The notes: generated by a model from the sequence alone, not told the origin. Positions 38,317 to 50,127 are shown, numbered from the whole stretch's first letter. The stretch is DNA of 63,376 nucleotides, filler included, from Octopus bimaculoides (GCF_001194135.2; 4 parts of 4 records of this genome joined end to end with filler, not necessarily neighbours in it); one strand, 5' to 3'. Program-made: numbers and translations.

Positions 38317-39075
38317 AAAGTCGAATTTAAAGTTAAAGAATTAAAGTTTAGAAAGTAGGCATTAAATGTTTCAGGGCAAGTTCCAAGTAGTGTGTATGCG
38401 GACCACATGCACCAGCTGTGGCTATCATGCAAAACAAGAACGCAACAGGCGACAATTAAACATCCGGACATATAGACGATACAAAGACGGACAGGGAAAA
38501 TAACAAAAAGACGGACAGGAAAAAAACAAGGACGAGTCATTCGTGGCCTTCTCTCCTCAGTCAAGTTTCCAGATTGTCCTTACAGTCTCGGCCGGCTACA
38601 CTTGAGACTGTTCAAATCTGGTTGGCGCCCAAAAATATAAGATAAGAGCATTAAATATTTTGTGAGAAAGCAAGTGCATGTGTACGACAACGAAGACAAA
38701 AAAAAACCGACCCTCCCCCACGAAAAAAAAACGGAGAAAATGTTACACAATTACAAATACAAGCAACAAGAAAATAACAACAGGGGTCTTTCGACTAACA
38801 GAAACGAATCAAGCTGAGCTGGCGTGTGTAGAGAGAAAGCCTTGAAGCAGAAACACAGGAGATAAACATAAGAGATGAAAGTCATGAGACAGGAACATAA
38901 GAGATGCTTCGCGGGCGGCAGTTAAGAAAGAAAGATCATGCCTGGCCGAACACCGGTCACGTGCAAGGCAGGGAGAAAGGAGGAGCAGAGGGATTGAAGA
39001 ACAAGGGGAGTACGAGAAAGAGAGAAAATCAGAGGGACACAGAGACGGTACAAGGGAGATAAGCGAGGTATATAT
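38310..39075. mobile_element. Purine-rich non-coding interspersed repeat, possibly a Penelope-type terminal region
   Basis: GC-richer than flanks, local hairpins (CCAGATT/AATCTGG, CAGTCTC/GAGACTG), no credible ORF. Assignment is inference only. Confidence 0.3.
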
Positions 39076-39482
39076 ATATANNNNNNNNNNNNNNNNNNNN
39101 NNNNNNNNNNNNNNNNNNNNNNNNNNNNNNNNNNNNNNNNNNNNNNNNNNNNNNNNNNNNNNNNNNNNNNNNNNNNNNNNNNNNNNNNNNNNNNNNNNNN
39201 NNNNNNNNNNNNNNNNNNNNNNNNNNNNNNNNNNNNNNNNNNNNNNNNNNNNNNNNNNNNNNNNNNNNNNNNNNNNNNNNNNNNNNNNNNNNNNNNNNNN
39301 NNNNNNNNNNNNNNNNNNNNNNNNNNNNNNNNNNNNNNNNNNNNNNNNNNNNNNNNNNNNNNNNNNNNNNNNNNNNNNNNNNNNNNNNNNNNNNNNNNNN
39401 NNNNNNNNNNNNNNNNNNNNNNNNNNNNNNNNNNNNNNNNNNNNNNNNNNNNNNNNNNNNNNNNNNNNNNNNNNNNNNNNNN

Positions 39483-39870
39483 TATAAGGATAAGATCGTT
39501 ATTTAAAAATACCGACCTTATCAGGTGGCCAGCATGGGAATAAAAACCTCAAAGGTAATAATTGTTATAAAAATTATAATTTAGGGTATCTGAGAGATAC
39601 CACCATGCTAGATATAGCAGCCAAACCTCCACTCTAAAATCACATTAAATGTTCATACAGCACCAAGAGAGAAGACAAAGAGACAAAATAAACTAACAAA
39701 AAAAAAATTACTGGATAATTCCAGATCCCGGATTTCTGGCTCTGCATAAGAAATGCTCTGCCTTCATCAATGGAATATACGCAGATAGCACATAAATACA
39801 AATATATACACATAAATACGAATGCGTACATATACGAACGTATACATACATATATATGCACGTATATATA
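39483..39870 (-). mobile_element. Hammerhead-bearing element family 2, copy D
   Basis: Reverse complement aligns with 49030-49320 and 60122-60270 (GGCTG.TATATCTAGCATGGTGGTATC..GATACCC..ATTATAATTTT). Confidence 0.75.
39718..39776 (-). ncRNA. Minimal Type I hammerhead ribozyme (family 2), C3U core variant
   Basis: Minus strand ATTCCA-TTGATGA-A-GGC-AGA-GCAT(TTCTT)ATGC-AGA-GCC-A-GAAA-TCCGGGA-TC-TGGAAT. Confidence 0.68.
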
Positions 39871-39950
39871 TNNNNNNNNNNNNNNNNNNNNNNNNNNNNN
39901 NNNNNNNNNNNNNNNNNNNNNNNNNNNNNNNNATATATATATATATATAA

Positions 39951-40118
39951 ACATACGATGGGATCTTTCGATTTCCGTCTACCAAATCCATTCATAAGGC
40001 TTTGGTCGGCCCGAGACTATAGTAGAAGACACTTGCCCAAGGTGCCACGCAGTGGGAGTGAACCCGGAACAATGTGGTTGGGAAGCAAGCTTCTTACTAC
40101 GCAGCCACGGCAGTGCCT
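39951..40118 (-). mobile_element. SINE family B 5' half
   Basis: TTTCCGTCTACCAAATCC..GACACTTGCCCAAGGTGCCACGCAGTGGGAGTGAACCC. Confidence 0.88.
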
Positions 40119-40239
40119 TACGTTTTTTTCTTAGAGGACATTAAGTATAATCTGTCTGGGTGGTCAAGGCTGGAATATCTTTGATCATAGTTCTGTTTGC
40201 GTTGCGGATCGGAAGGCTAAACAAGAATAGCAACACTAG

Positions 40240-40805
40240 CAGCAGCAGCAGCAGCAACAACAACAACAACAACAAGCAAAACCTGAACAATAAACTTGTT
40301 AATGGAATATCAAAAGCAACATGTGGAAGAACCCGATCATAGAAACATCATCATCATTTTCATTATAATCATCGTCATCATCATCATCATCATTTTCATT
40401 ATAATCATCGTCATCATCATCATCATCATTTTCATTATAATCATCGTCATCATCATCATCATCGTTGTCGCCGTCGTTCTCCCCTCCTACTCTTCCTCCT
40501 CGGCCTCCTCAACTTTCCTATCGTCATCGTCGTCGTCGTCATTATCATCATCATCATCATCATCATCGTTGCAGTAGCAGCACCACCACCACAACTACCC
40601 TCCTCCACATTTTCCTCCTTCCCTCGTTCCCATCATCATCACCACAATCATCCTCATCATCGTCGTAATTATCAAAACCACCATCACCACCATCACGTCG
40701 TCCTTGTCGTTGTCTTCATTATCATCATCATCATCATCATCATCATAATCATGATCATGATCATCATCATCATCAGCCGCAGCAACAACAATGTCAGTCA
40801 CAGCA
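40240..40805. repeat. (CAT)n/(CAA)n-rich tract including a three-copy unit of about 36 bp (CATTTTCATTATAATCATCGT..)
   Basis: Direct reading. Confidence 0.88.
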
Positions 40806-41312
40806 GCTACAACTGCGGCACCATTAGCATCACCGACAGCTAAACACCGTTTGGTAACGAATTGTGCAATGAAAAAATAATAATAAAGAAAGACGTTATG
40901 TAATCTATTGAAAGATGTCTAGCATAACTCGACTGCACAAGTCAGTTATTGATCTATCGATCTAGTGAAGTGTCCACCTTCGAACAATGACTAAAATCTA
41001 TCGATAGCGATTGTCCGTCCGGAAGAAAGGATGTGGGATTAGGGAAAATGTATAATTTTAAACATTTCCTTGATGAGACTCATATATTATGTATGTGTGT
41101 ATGCACGCACGCGTGTGTGTATGTGTGCGTGCGTGTGTATTGTGTGTGTGCGTGCGTGTTGTGTGTGTGTGTGTGTGTGACACCACTCAAGACCCATTAC
41201 AGTTATCTTTCTCCTTTCCTCCTCCTCCTCCTCATCCTCATCATCATCATCGTCTTTATATTCCTATATACATATATACATACCTACATACATATACACG
41301 TACACGCGCACG

Positions 41313-41348
<36 letters not shown>

Positions 41349-41809
41349 TACACACAAGTAAAAGGTTGATTTTCCTGGACCTTCGGTTGCAATGCCTTTT
41401 CCGGATTTCTAAGTTTCTCGAACGAAGAGTAGTTACATTGGTTAACAAACTTTCAATTAAACAAATGGTTTATATCTTTTATTATGTCTTACTCGTTTCT
41501 GTTACTGAACTGCACTCATGCTGGAGCACCTCCTCGAAAGAAAAAATATACAAGTATTAGCGTGGCTTGAACATGCGACATTCTGCGTGTAAAGCAGGAT
41601 ACTAATATTGAATTTACTTAAATAATTAAGTGTAATAAAGATACGAGTTTATTAATATTGTACTGTACAAAGTATAAGTTTGTGCAAGGTATGAAGGAAA
41701 CTTGTTTAGCGACTGCAGCAATTCGAAATTCCTACTCGTAAATTAGGGCGGATTATAAAAGGTTCTGGAACAACAGTGTCCAGAAAGTCGGTATTGTGCC
41801 TATATATAC

Positions 41810-41852
<43 letters not shown>

Positions 41853-42950
41853 NNNNNNNNNNNNNNNNNNNNNNNNNNNNNNNNNNNNNNNNNNNNNNNN
41901 NNNNNNNNNNNNNNNNNNNNNNNNNNNNNNNNNNNNNNNNNNNNNNNNNNNNNNNNNNNNNNNNNNNNNNNNNNNNNNNNNNNNNNNNNNNNNNNNNNNN
42001 NNNNNNNNNNNNNNNNNNNNNNNNNNNNNNNNNNNNNNNNNNNNNNNNNNNNNNNNNNNNNNNNNNNNNNNNNNNNNNNNNNNNNNNNNNNNNNNNNNNN
42101 NNNNNNNNNNNNNNNNNNNNNNNNNNNNNNNNNNNNNNNNNNNNNNNNNNNNNNNNNNNNNNNNNNNNNNNNNNNNNNNNNNNNNNNNNNNNNNNNNNNN
42201 NNNNNNNNNNNNNNNNNNNNNNNNNNNNNNNNNNNNNNNNNNNNNNNNNNNNNNNNNNNNNNNNNNNNNNNNNNNNNNNNNNNNNNNNNNNNNNNNNNNN
42301 NNNNNNNNNNNNNNNNNNNNNNNNNNNNNNNNNNNNNNNNNNNNNNNNNNNNNNNNNNNNNNNNNNNNNNNNNNNNNNNNNNNNNNNNNNNNNNNNNNNN
42401 NNNNNNNNNNNNNNNNNNNNNNNNNNNNNNNNNNNNNNNNNNNNNNNNNNNNNNNNNNNNNNNNNNNNNNNNNNNNNNNNNNNNNNNNNNNNNNNNNNNN
42501 NNNNNNNNNNNNNNNNNNNNNNNNNNNNNNNNNNNNNNNNNNNNNNNNNNNNNNNNNNNNNNNNNNNNNNNNNNNNNNNNNNNNNNNNNNNNNNNNNNNN
42601 NNNNNNNNNNNNNNNNNNNNNNNNNNNNNNNNNNNNNNNNNNNNNNNNNNNNNNNNNNNNNNNNNNNNNNNNNNNNNNNNNNNNNNNNNNNNNNNNNNNN
42701 NNNNNNNNNNNNNNNNNNNNNNNNNNNNNNNNNNNNNNATATATATATAAAAGAACGATATTATTCCTAAAAATAATAACGTTAGTGTCCGCGAGCTTGA
42801 AAGCCGCATCGGCAAATTAATAATTATATATAAATGTATTTGTATATACCAGGGTGCTACATAAACACCTGCTTCGCTAAAAATATTTATGTATATACCT
42901 ACATATGTGTGTGTGTGTGTTTATGTACAGACACAATCACACACACACGT

Positions 42951-42984
<34 letters not shown>

Positions 42985-43734
42985 GTAGTGACCTCATTTA
43001 GGCATAGAGTAGATTCGAACCTGAATCTGTCAATTTTCCTTAGCATTGCAACAGCATTTTTCTCACAGAAAAACAATAGTTGACAGCAGTTACATTCAAC
43101 ACATAGCTTTGCCAAGACACATTTTAACTCTTGGCCTCTTCTATGCAACCAAAAGTGGAAATTAAATAAAGGTGACCTACATCGAACAAACCTGTTGTTC
43201 ACAGCAAATATGTCCCTCTTTCTAACTAGATTGCATGGTTATAAATACTAAAGTTCCGTAAGGAAAAGTTAGTTGGTGAACAGAAACGACCAGAGATGAC
43301 AAGAGACAGACAGCCACAGGAGGCTGACGGCCAAACAATCGGTCGCTACGATACAACGTCCCTCTACTCCCACTAACTTGCTAACTAGCTCATTTCTCTC
43401 ACTCTATCACTATATTTGGCTTACTTCGGTTTATCTTTTACTCGTTTCTTTCATTGAACTGCTTGCTACGACAATGACGAGAACATGTACACACTTATAC
43501 AAGAAGAAATTAACCCTCTTAACACAGCATGCATGCTTTTCCACTTATGTTATACACACCCGCTGTCGTGTGTGGCTATACATACATATATACACTCAGA
43601 ACCACTCTAATAGCTTAGGACTGAAATTTAGGATTTCTCGGTTTTCTGTGAATCGATTTTGATAAAGCTTTACCCTGCTGGTTTGCGCTCTATGGCAACA
43701 CCATTGTTATGTTTTCATTATTCTATGACATGAA

Positions 43735-43952
43735 GGCGGCGAGCTGTCAGAAACGTTAGCACGCCGTGCGAAATGCGTAGCGGTATTTTGTTTGCCGCTA
43801 CGTTCTGAGTTCAAATTCTGCCAAGGTCGACTTTGCCTTTCATCCTTTCGGGGTCGATAAATTAAGTGCCAGTTGCGTACTGAGGTCGATCTAATCGACT
43901 GGCCCATTCCCCCAAAATTTCGGGCCTTGTGCCTAGAGTACAAAAAATTATT
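43735..43952 (+). mobile_element. tRNA-derived SINE family A (variant tail)
   Basis: Family A head and B-box GAGTTCAAATTC; tail GGCCTTGTGCCTAGAGTA. Confidence 0.9.
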
Positions 43953-44149
43953 CTATGTCATATCATTTCTTTTTTTATTTCAGATTCTCCAGTTTTGGGG
44001 TGAAACACGCTGATAGCTTTTGAATGAAAATAGCCCATCTAAACATTTTTTTTCTCCAGAAAATGAAGGGTAATGATACATATTAAGTATACATTGAATA
44101 TATGTTTAACAGAAAACCATAATTATATTATAACATTTATTGACATAAT

Positions 44150-44345
44150 GAATTATTTTGCCACATGAGCGTCATTTCGACGGATGACTTAAAAAACCGT
44201 ATTAGTCATGGAATCTTGTCAATTTCTTAGCAGTTGCAGATTGGATTGCCTCTGCTGCAGATTTGATGGTCGCCCATAAGACATCGTTTGACGTAAATTG
44301 GCGTCCATCAGCATAAACCCAACTTTTTTCCGTCGAATATTAGAC
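44150..44345 (-). mobile_element. Tc1-like transposase C-terminal remnant
   Basis: Minus strand VYADGRQFTSNDVLWATIKSAAEAIQSATAKKLT, resembling Tc1 C-termini. Confidence 0.55.
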
Positions 44346-44627
44346 TATTTTCTTCAGTCACTACACAGTGATCGCTTAGAAGTTTTAAGCTTATGAAATA
44401 TTGTTATTATCATTTACAGATTTGTAAAAAAATCCACACTGCTTTACCAAAAACTGTGGCTTTCCGAGTTAAATTTTGACTCTCATTTCTAGCAATCACC
44501 GGTGCTATTTTGCACCCTCATTTATTAATTTCTTTTTGATTTTTGAGTGCTGACGAGCCACCTATATTATAATGTATTTAAGATATCTTAATATATTAAC
44601 ATATCATTATAATATCTTATTGTATTG

Positions 44628-44672
<45 letters not shown>

Positions 44673-44809
44673 ACTCATACGTACATCCCTATATACATGC
44701 ACACACATATATATACTTACATACATAACATACATATAGAGATACATACATACATACATACATATATACATACATACATGCAAACTTATTACTCAAAAGC
44801 AGGAGCTAA

Positions 44810-45393
44810 AAGCTGCCAGTGAAAAACTCCGACATCAGAAGAGAATAACCGAGAGAAGAACAATAAAGAAACAATTTAACCACAACTAGGCAGCAGTATA
44901 CAGAGACATGAGAGGAGGAGCAGTAAACATCACGGAAGCTCCTTCACGAGAAGAAATAGACTCCTTCTAGAGGAAAATCGGGAGTAAAGAGGAGTATAAC
45001 CAAGATGCTTTGTGGCTGGAAGAAATCCGAAAAAAATTTTGCTCCTGAGTAACATCCAAGACAAACAACATTGATGGTGAAACTCTTGCAACTGTGATCC
45101 AGAAACTCCAGGATAGAAAAACATTTGGAAGAGACTCGATTGTTGGATATTGGTACAAGAAGCTAACATTCTACCAACCATATCTTATAAATCTGTACCA
45201 GCAAGCTTTCATTGGGAGCAGTAGCATACCACACTGGTTAACTCTGGCAGAGACAAAATTGATCCCCAAATGAAGAACCACTCACATGGCAAAAACTACC
45301 GGCCAATTGCATGCCAGAACTTAATGTATAAGATATATACTGCATATTCAAACCTCTTCCTCCAGGAACATGTGAAACCAATAACATTATCAC
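44810..45393 (+). mobile_element. R4/Dong-like LINE fragment: RT domains 0-2
   Basis: KQFNHN*AAVYRDM..PSREEIDSF*..DALWL..FGRDSIVGYWYKKL..PHWLTLAETKLIP..NYRPIACQNLMYKIYT. Confidence 0.88.
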
Positions 45394-45538
45394 AGTAAGG
45401 GATGAACACTAGGTGGACATCCAATATGCTAGAAAGAGGTCATCAACGACCCAACCACAAAGAAAAATAATGTTCTCCAGAAAAATTTCGCTAAACGCCA
45501 GAACAGGACAAAATGAGAAATATACAGAATAAAGAATT

Positions 45539-45610
45539 ATCTATGGACTTCACTTTCGAACATTAACGTTTTACTTACGTAACAACATCCGTGTTCTCAT
45601 CAGCAAAGAC
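45539..45610 (-). ncRNA. Type I hammerhead ribozyme (family 1 copy E), helix III degenerate
   Basis: Minus strand GTCTTTG-CTGATGA-GAACA..TGTTC-GAAA-GTGAAG-TC-CATAGAT: canonical core, G-C closing pair in helix II, GUC site, one mismatch in helix I, position 15.2 mismatched. Confidence 0.62.
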
Positions 45611-46189
45611 GTTCTATAATCAATATAATTTGCAGAACTATACTCGAATTGTCTTCATGAGACAAGACTTGCATATAGTTCTACCGATTACATTGGGGCT
45701 ATTTTTCAAAATGCTTCAGCTCCGGCGCGCAAAATTTCGGAAACAATTCTGCAGAGAATAATTCACTGCAGTATATGTTACCGGTTGGAGAACATAACTA
45801 TTCAAATTATTATTTATATAGATAGGGTGATAAATTGAATATTAATTCAATTTAAAACCAACAATTTTTCTGAATTTTCAGATTTTTTATTTGCTAGTCC
45901 ACTTGGTTTCGTCTATGTGCAAGAAAGAAGATAGGTGGTTAGAATAGCGTCGCCTTTAAGCTGTCATTTTCACTTAACTTCTTTTCTTTCAATGCTCCTA
46001 TTGAAACTCTATATAAAACGTTAACTTTCTTACCTATTCCTAATGATACTCAAACTCATTTAATTTTTTCAGTTTTATCCAATTGATTTCTTGCTGACGT
46101 AGGTCGCCAAAGATTTCTTGGATTCTAGTGATTTTTATACAAATATATTTCCAGATCAGAAGAAACAGAATAATTCTTAAAATGAAATA

Positions 46190-46415
46190 CTGTATTCACC
46201 GGTGTATAAAACGCTCTATCGCATAAGACAACACCCTACTTTTTATACGCAGAAAGAAAAATATTTTTTGTGGAAATAACAAACTTAATATGTTTCTTCA
46301 CACACTCGTACATTCGGTTTCACATCCGTAATATGGTCGCATTAAATACATGGCAATATTTTTTGTTACATTTAAGGATTAAAAAAATGTACGTCTTATA
46401 CACTGGTATATACGC
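46190..46415. mobile_element. pogo/Tc2-type MITE with TIRs of about 24 bp and TA target duplication
   Basis: TA-CTGTATTCACCGGTGTATAAAACG ... CGTCTTATACACTGGTATATACGC-TA. Confidence 0.72.
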
Positions 46416-46565
46416 TAAAAGGGTCTTTTTCCTGTTTAGGTCATAGTTACATATAAATACATTGGTTAAAATTGAAGTACAAACAACAAACACGAAGGAA
46501 GAAGAAATACACACGGATACACGCGTTTACACACACGCGCTTATAGACGCGAGTGAGTGAGCGAA

Positions 46566-46566
46566 T

Positions 46567-46611
<45 letters not shown>

Positions 46612-46674
46612 GATCGATAAAGATTGAAAGAAAGAGAGAGAGAGAGAGGGAGCGAGAAAGATTGAAAGAAAAAG

Positions 46675-46735
<61 letters not shown>
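46566..46735. repeat. (GA)n compound microsatellite
   Basis: Direct reading. Confidence 0.93.
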
Positions 46736-46739
<4 letters not shown>

Positions 46740-47237
46740 TATACACAAAAAGTGATGTTTGTAAAATGATCTTCTAGAGCGGAAACTAGCAAAACAATTT
46801 ACCAGGATGTAGAAACACTATAACATACGTTTACTAACACTTATATACATACACATACACACTCGATATATGCTGATTAGAACTTACAAAACGATACCAT
46901 ATAGGTACATACACACACATTCACACATTTAATAAGTTTACAGACAAGCATACACACACACAAACACACACACACATACACTCACGCACACACAGACGCA
47001 CACGCACACGCACACGCACATTTAACAAGTTTACAGACAAGCATATATACCCATATACACACACATACGCAGAGTTTCACACTCACACAATTTAGTTAAA
47101 TGCAAAAATGAGGCAAAAATGATTAACGACGAAACCCCATAAATAAGGAAATAGATGATAAAGGATATAAAAAAAAGAGACAATTTAAAAGTTCAAACTA
47201 TTTACTAATCTGTGAAAAATAATCGTGAAAAATAATC

Positions 47238-47358
47238 GTACTTTATATATAAATCTTGCTAAACGTACTTCATATATCTAACATATGCAGTAGGGTGTAC
47301 TTTATATATTTGAAACCAGTCAACTGCTGGTTTCAAATTTTGGCACAAGGCCAATAAG

Positions 47359-47418
<60 letters not shown>

Positions 47419-47815
47419 GGTAAATCGTTTACATCGTCCTCAGTGCTCGACTGGTACTTATTCTATAGACCCCAAAAGGATTAAAGGCAAAGTCCACCTT
47501 GGCGGAATTTGGACTCAGAACGTAAAGGCGGACGAAATGCTGCTAAGCATTTTGCCTGGCGAAATTTATATCGTAATTTATTTCGTAAACATCTAAAGTA
47601 GGACCTAATTTATATATTAAATAACAAATATGGAGAGTACTTTATATATTAAGCATCTAAGGTAGGACGTACTTTACATGCTAAACATGCAAGGGGTGGT
47701 GTACTTTATATATTAAACAGCTAAAGTAGTGTGGGTTTACTTTACATCGTAAACAACTGAGGATGGGGAAATATTTTATAAAGCATCCAAGGCTGGTTGT
47801 ACTTTATATGCTAAT
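47238..47815. repeat. Degenerate minisatellite of about 31 bp (GTACTTTATATATTAA.CA...) interrupted by a SINE
   Basis: Recurrent TACTTTA(T/C)AT motif on both sides of the SINE at 47325-47560. Confidence 0.7.
47325..47560 (-). mobile_element. SINE family A with internal (GA)n
   Basis: GGCAAAGTCCACCTTGGCGGAATTTGGACTCAGAACG is the reverse complement of the family A core. Confidence 0.85.
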
Positions 47816-48145
47816 TAAAGCTTAGGAAAAGCTGAGTGTCATGCGATTACCAGTTGTATGCCATCGGCTGGTTGAAACCTGATACTGATGACCATGTAAT
47901 CTAGGAGTGTAAAGTAATCAGAATTGCCAGCGGCTAAACAAATCTACTGTTGCGTTTATCTGATGAGACAACGGGCGAAGGTTGTGTGTACGTAGCAGTA
48001 TTTTACAAAAGCCCGTCAAAGTGGGATAAGATCCTTGAGATCCAACGAAGTCGTCTGCTGGATATGGGCGCCACCAGGATTACAAGTCAAGTGAAATACT
48101 CGACTGAAAGTTATTTGATCCTATAAATATTTGATTCTATAGTAA

Positions 48146-48360
48146 GGCGGCGAGGTGGCAGAATTGTTATGCCGGACAAAGCATTTATCGGTATTTTATC
48201 CGTATTTACGATCTGAGTTCAAATTCCGCCGAGATCGACTTTGCCTTTCATTCTTTCGGAGTTTGTAAAATAAATACCAGTTGAACACTGGGGTCGACGT
48301 AATCGACTTAGCCCCTCCCTCAAAATAACTGGCTTTGTGCTAAAATTTGAAATCACTATT
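48146..48360 (+). mobile_element. tRNA-derived SINE family A
   Basis: GGCGGCGAGGTGGCAGAATTG head and GAGTTCAAATTCCGCCGAG. Confidence 0.85.
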
Positions 48361-49029
48361 TTATTCTATAGCGGTTCATGTCGGGATCCGGACATGCAAC
48401 AAAAGCTGAAGACCAAAAAGTGGGGATAAAAATTATTTAGAAAAACAGACACCTAGGGGCTCTAACAGTAGAAATGGTATGGGAACAATGACTTGGCCTG
48501 AAAGTGGGCCTACCTTATGTTCTATACAAAACTAAAATGAGGTATACTTTCGAAAGTATGGAATAATTCAAAGATAATCATTTCTTCTTCTTCTGCATAT
48601 ATNNNNNNNNNNNNNNNNNNNNNNNNNNNNNNNNNNNNNNNNNNNNNNNNNNNNNNNNNNNNNNNNNNNNNNNNNNNNNNNNNNNNNNNNNNNNNNNNNN
48701 NNNNNNNNNNNNNNNNNNNNNNNNNNNNNNNNNNNNNNNNNNNNNNNNNNNNNNNNNNNNNNNNNNNNNNNNNNNNNNNNNNNNNNNNNNNNNNNNNNNN
48801 NNNNNNNNNNNNNNNNNNNNNNNNNNNNNNNNNNNNNNNNNNNNNNNNNNNNNNNNNNNNNNNNNNNNNNNNNNNNNNNNNNNNNNNNNNNNNNNNNNNN
48901 NNNNNNNNNNNNNNNNNNNNNNNNNNNNNNNNNNNNNNNNNNNNNNNNNNNNNNNNNNNNNNNNNNNNNNNNNNNNNNNNNNNNNNNNNNNNNNNNNNNN
49001 NNNNNNNNNNNNNNNNNNNNNNNNNNGCA

Positions 49030-49320
49030 TATATATGTATGTATACGTCCGTATATGTAAGTATACTGTTTATATACATGTATTTGTATTTATGTACTTG
49101 AGTATATTCCACTGATGAAGGCAGAGCATTATTATTTATGCAAAGCCAGAAATCCGGGATTTGGAATTATCTTATTATTTTTACTGGTTTATTTGGTCTT
49201 CGTCTTCGCTACTCGTGCCATGCGGACATTTATTGTGGTTTTGTAGTCAGGATTTGACTGCTATTTTTTCAGCGTGGTGGTATCTCTTGATACCCTGTAT
49301 TATAATTTTAAATAATTTAT
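49030..49320 (+). mobile_element. Hammerhead-bearing element family 2, copy F
   Basis: Aligns with the reverse complement of 39560-39870. Confidence 0.75.
49106..49167 (+). ncRNA. Minimal Type I hammerhead ribozyme (family 2), canonical CUGAUGA core
   Basis: ATTCCA-CTGATGA-A-GGC-AGA-GCAT(TATTATTT)ATGC-AAA-GCC-A-GAAA-TCCGGGA-TT-TGGAAT; AUU site. Confidence 0.75.
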
Positions 49321-49397
49321 ATATATATATATATATATATACATACGCACATCTTCCCATCACACACCTACATATCCGTATAAATGAAGGGGCCGTG

Positions 49398-49859
49398 TGC
49401 ATGGAAGTCGCACATATGCATCGGACACAGTCTTACACTCTTATACATGCATATACACATACACATATATGCACACGCACACACATACACATATAAAATA
49501 TATACATACATATACTTATACACACGCACGTGCACATTCACACGAAAAGGAAAAAAAAGAGAAGTTTTGGGATCACGTCCACATGTCACAAAATACCGGT
49601 TACGGTTCCCCCCGCCCCCAAGATCACGGCTAGAATCCAAATTTTTACTGTGTTCCTGCACAAGCTTTTCCATGTTTTAACTGCCATTAGTTTTTAATTT
49701 TTACATTTTTTATATATATTTTTTCATATTTTCGTTTTTCCTTTTCAATTGTGTGAATGTGTACGTGTGTGTATATGTATGTGTGAATGTGTACGTGTGT
49801 GTATATGTGTGTGTATGAGTGTGAGACTGTGTCTGACGAATATGTGTGACTTCCATGCA
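49398..49859. repeat. Imperfect inverted repeat (arms about 125-160 bp) around a unique spacer
   Basis: TGCATGGAAGTCGCACATATGCATCGGACACAGTCTTACACTC versus GAGTGTGAGACTGTGTCTGACGAATATGTGTGACTTCCATGCA. Confidence 0.8.
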
Positions 49860-49894
49860 TATGGATATGCATATGTTTGTATATCCATATAAAT

Positions 49895-49964
<70 letters not shown>

Positions 49965-50069
49965 GTATAAATGTCTAAATATATATGTATTATGTTACGT
50001 GTATGCATGTAAACACTTATGTGTATATGAGGATGAGGTTGTGTACATTATACATATACATATATACAT

Positions 50070-50127
<58 letters not shown>

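Noticed and set aside
38530-38620. Possible permuted hammerhead in the purine-rich repeat (minus-strand GGAAAC..CTGAGGAG)
   Set aside because: I could not build a consistent three-helix junction.
47960-47985. CTGATGAG...CGAAG motif
   Set aside because: GAAG replaces GAAA, and there is no helix II or III pairing.
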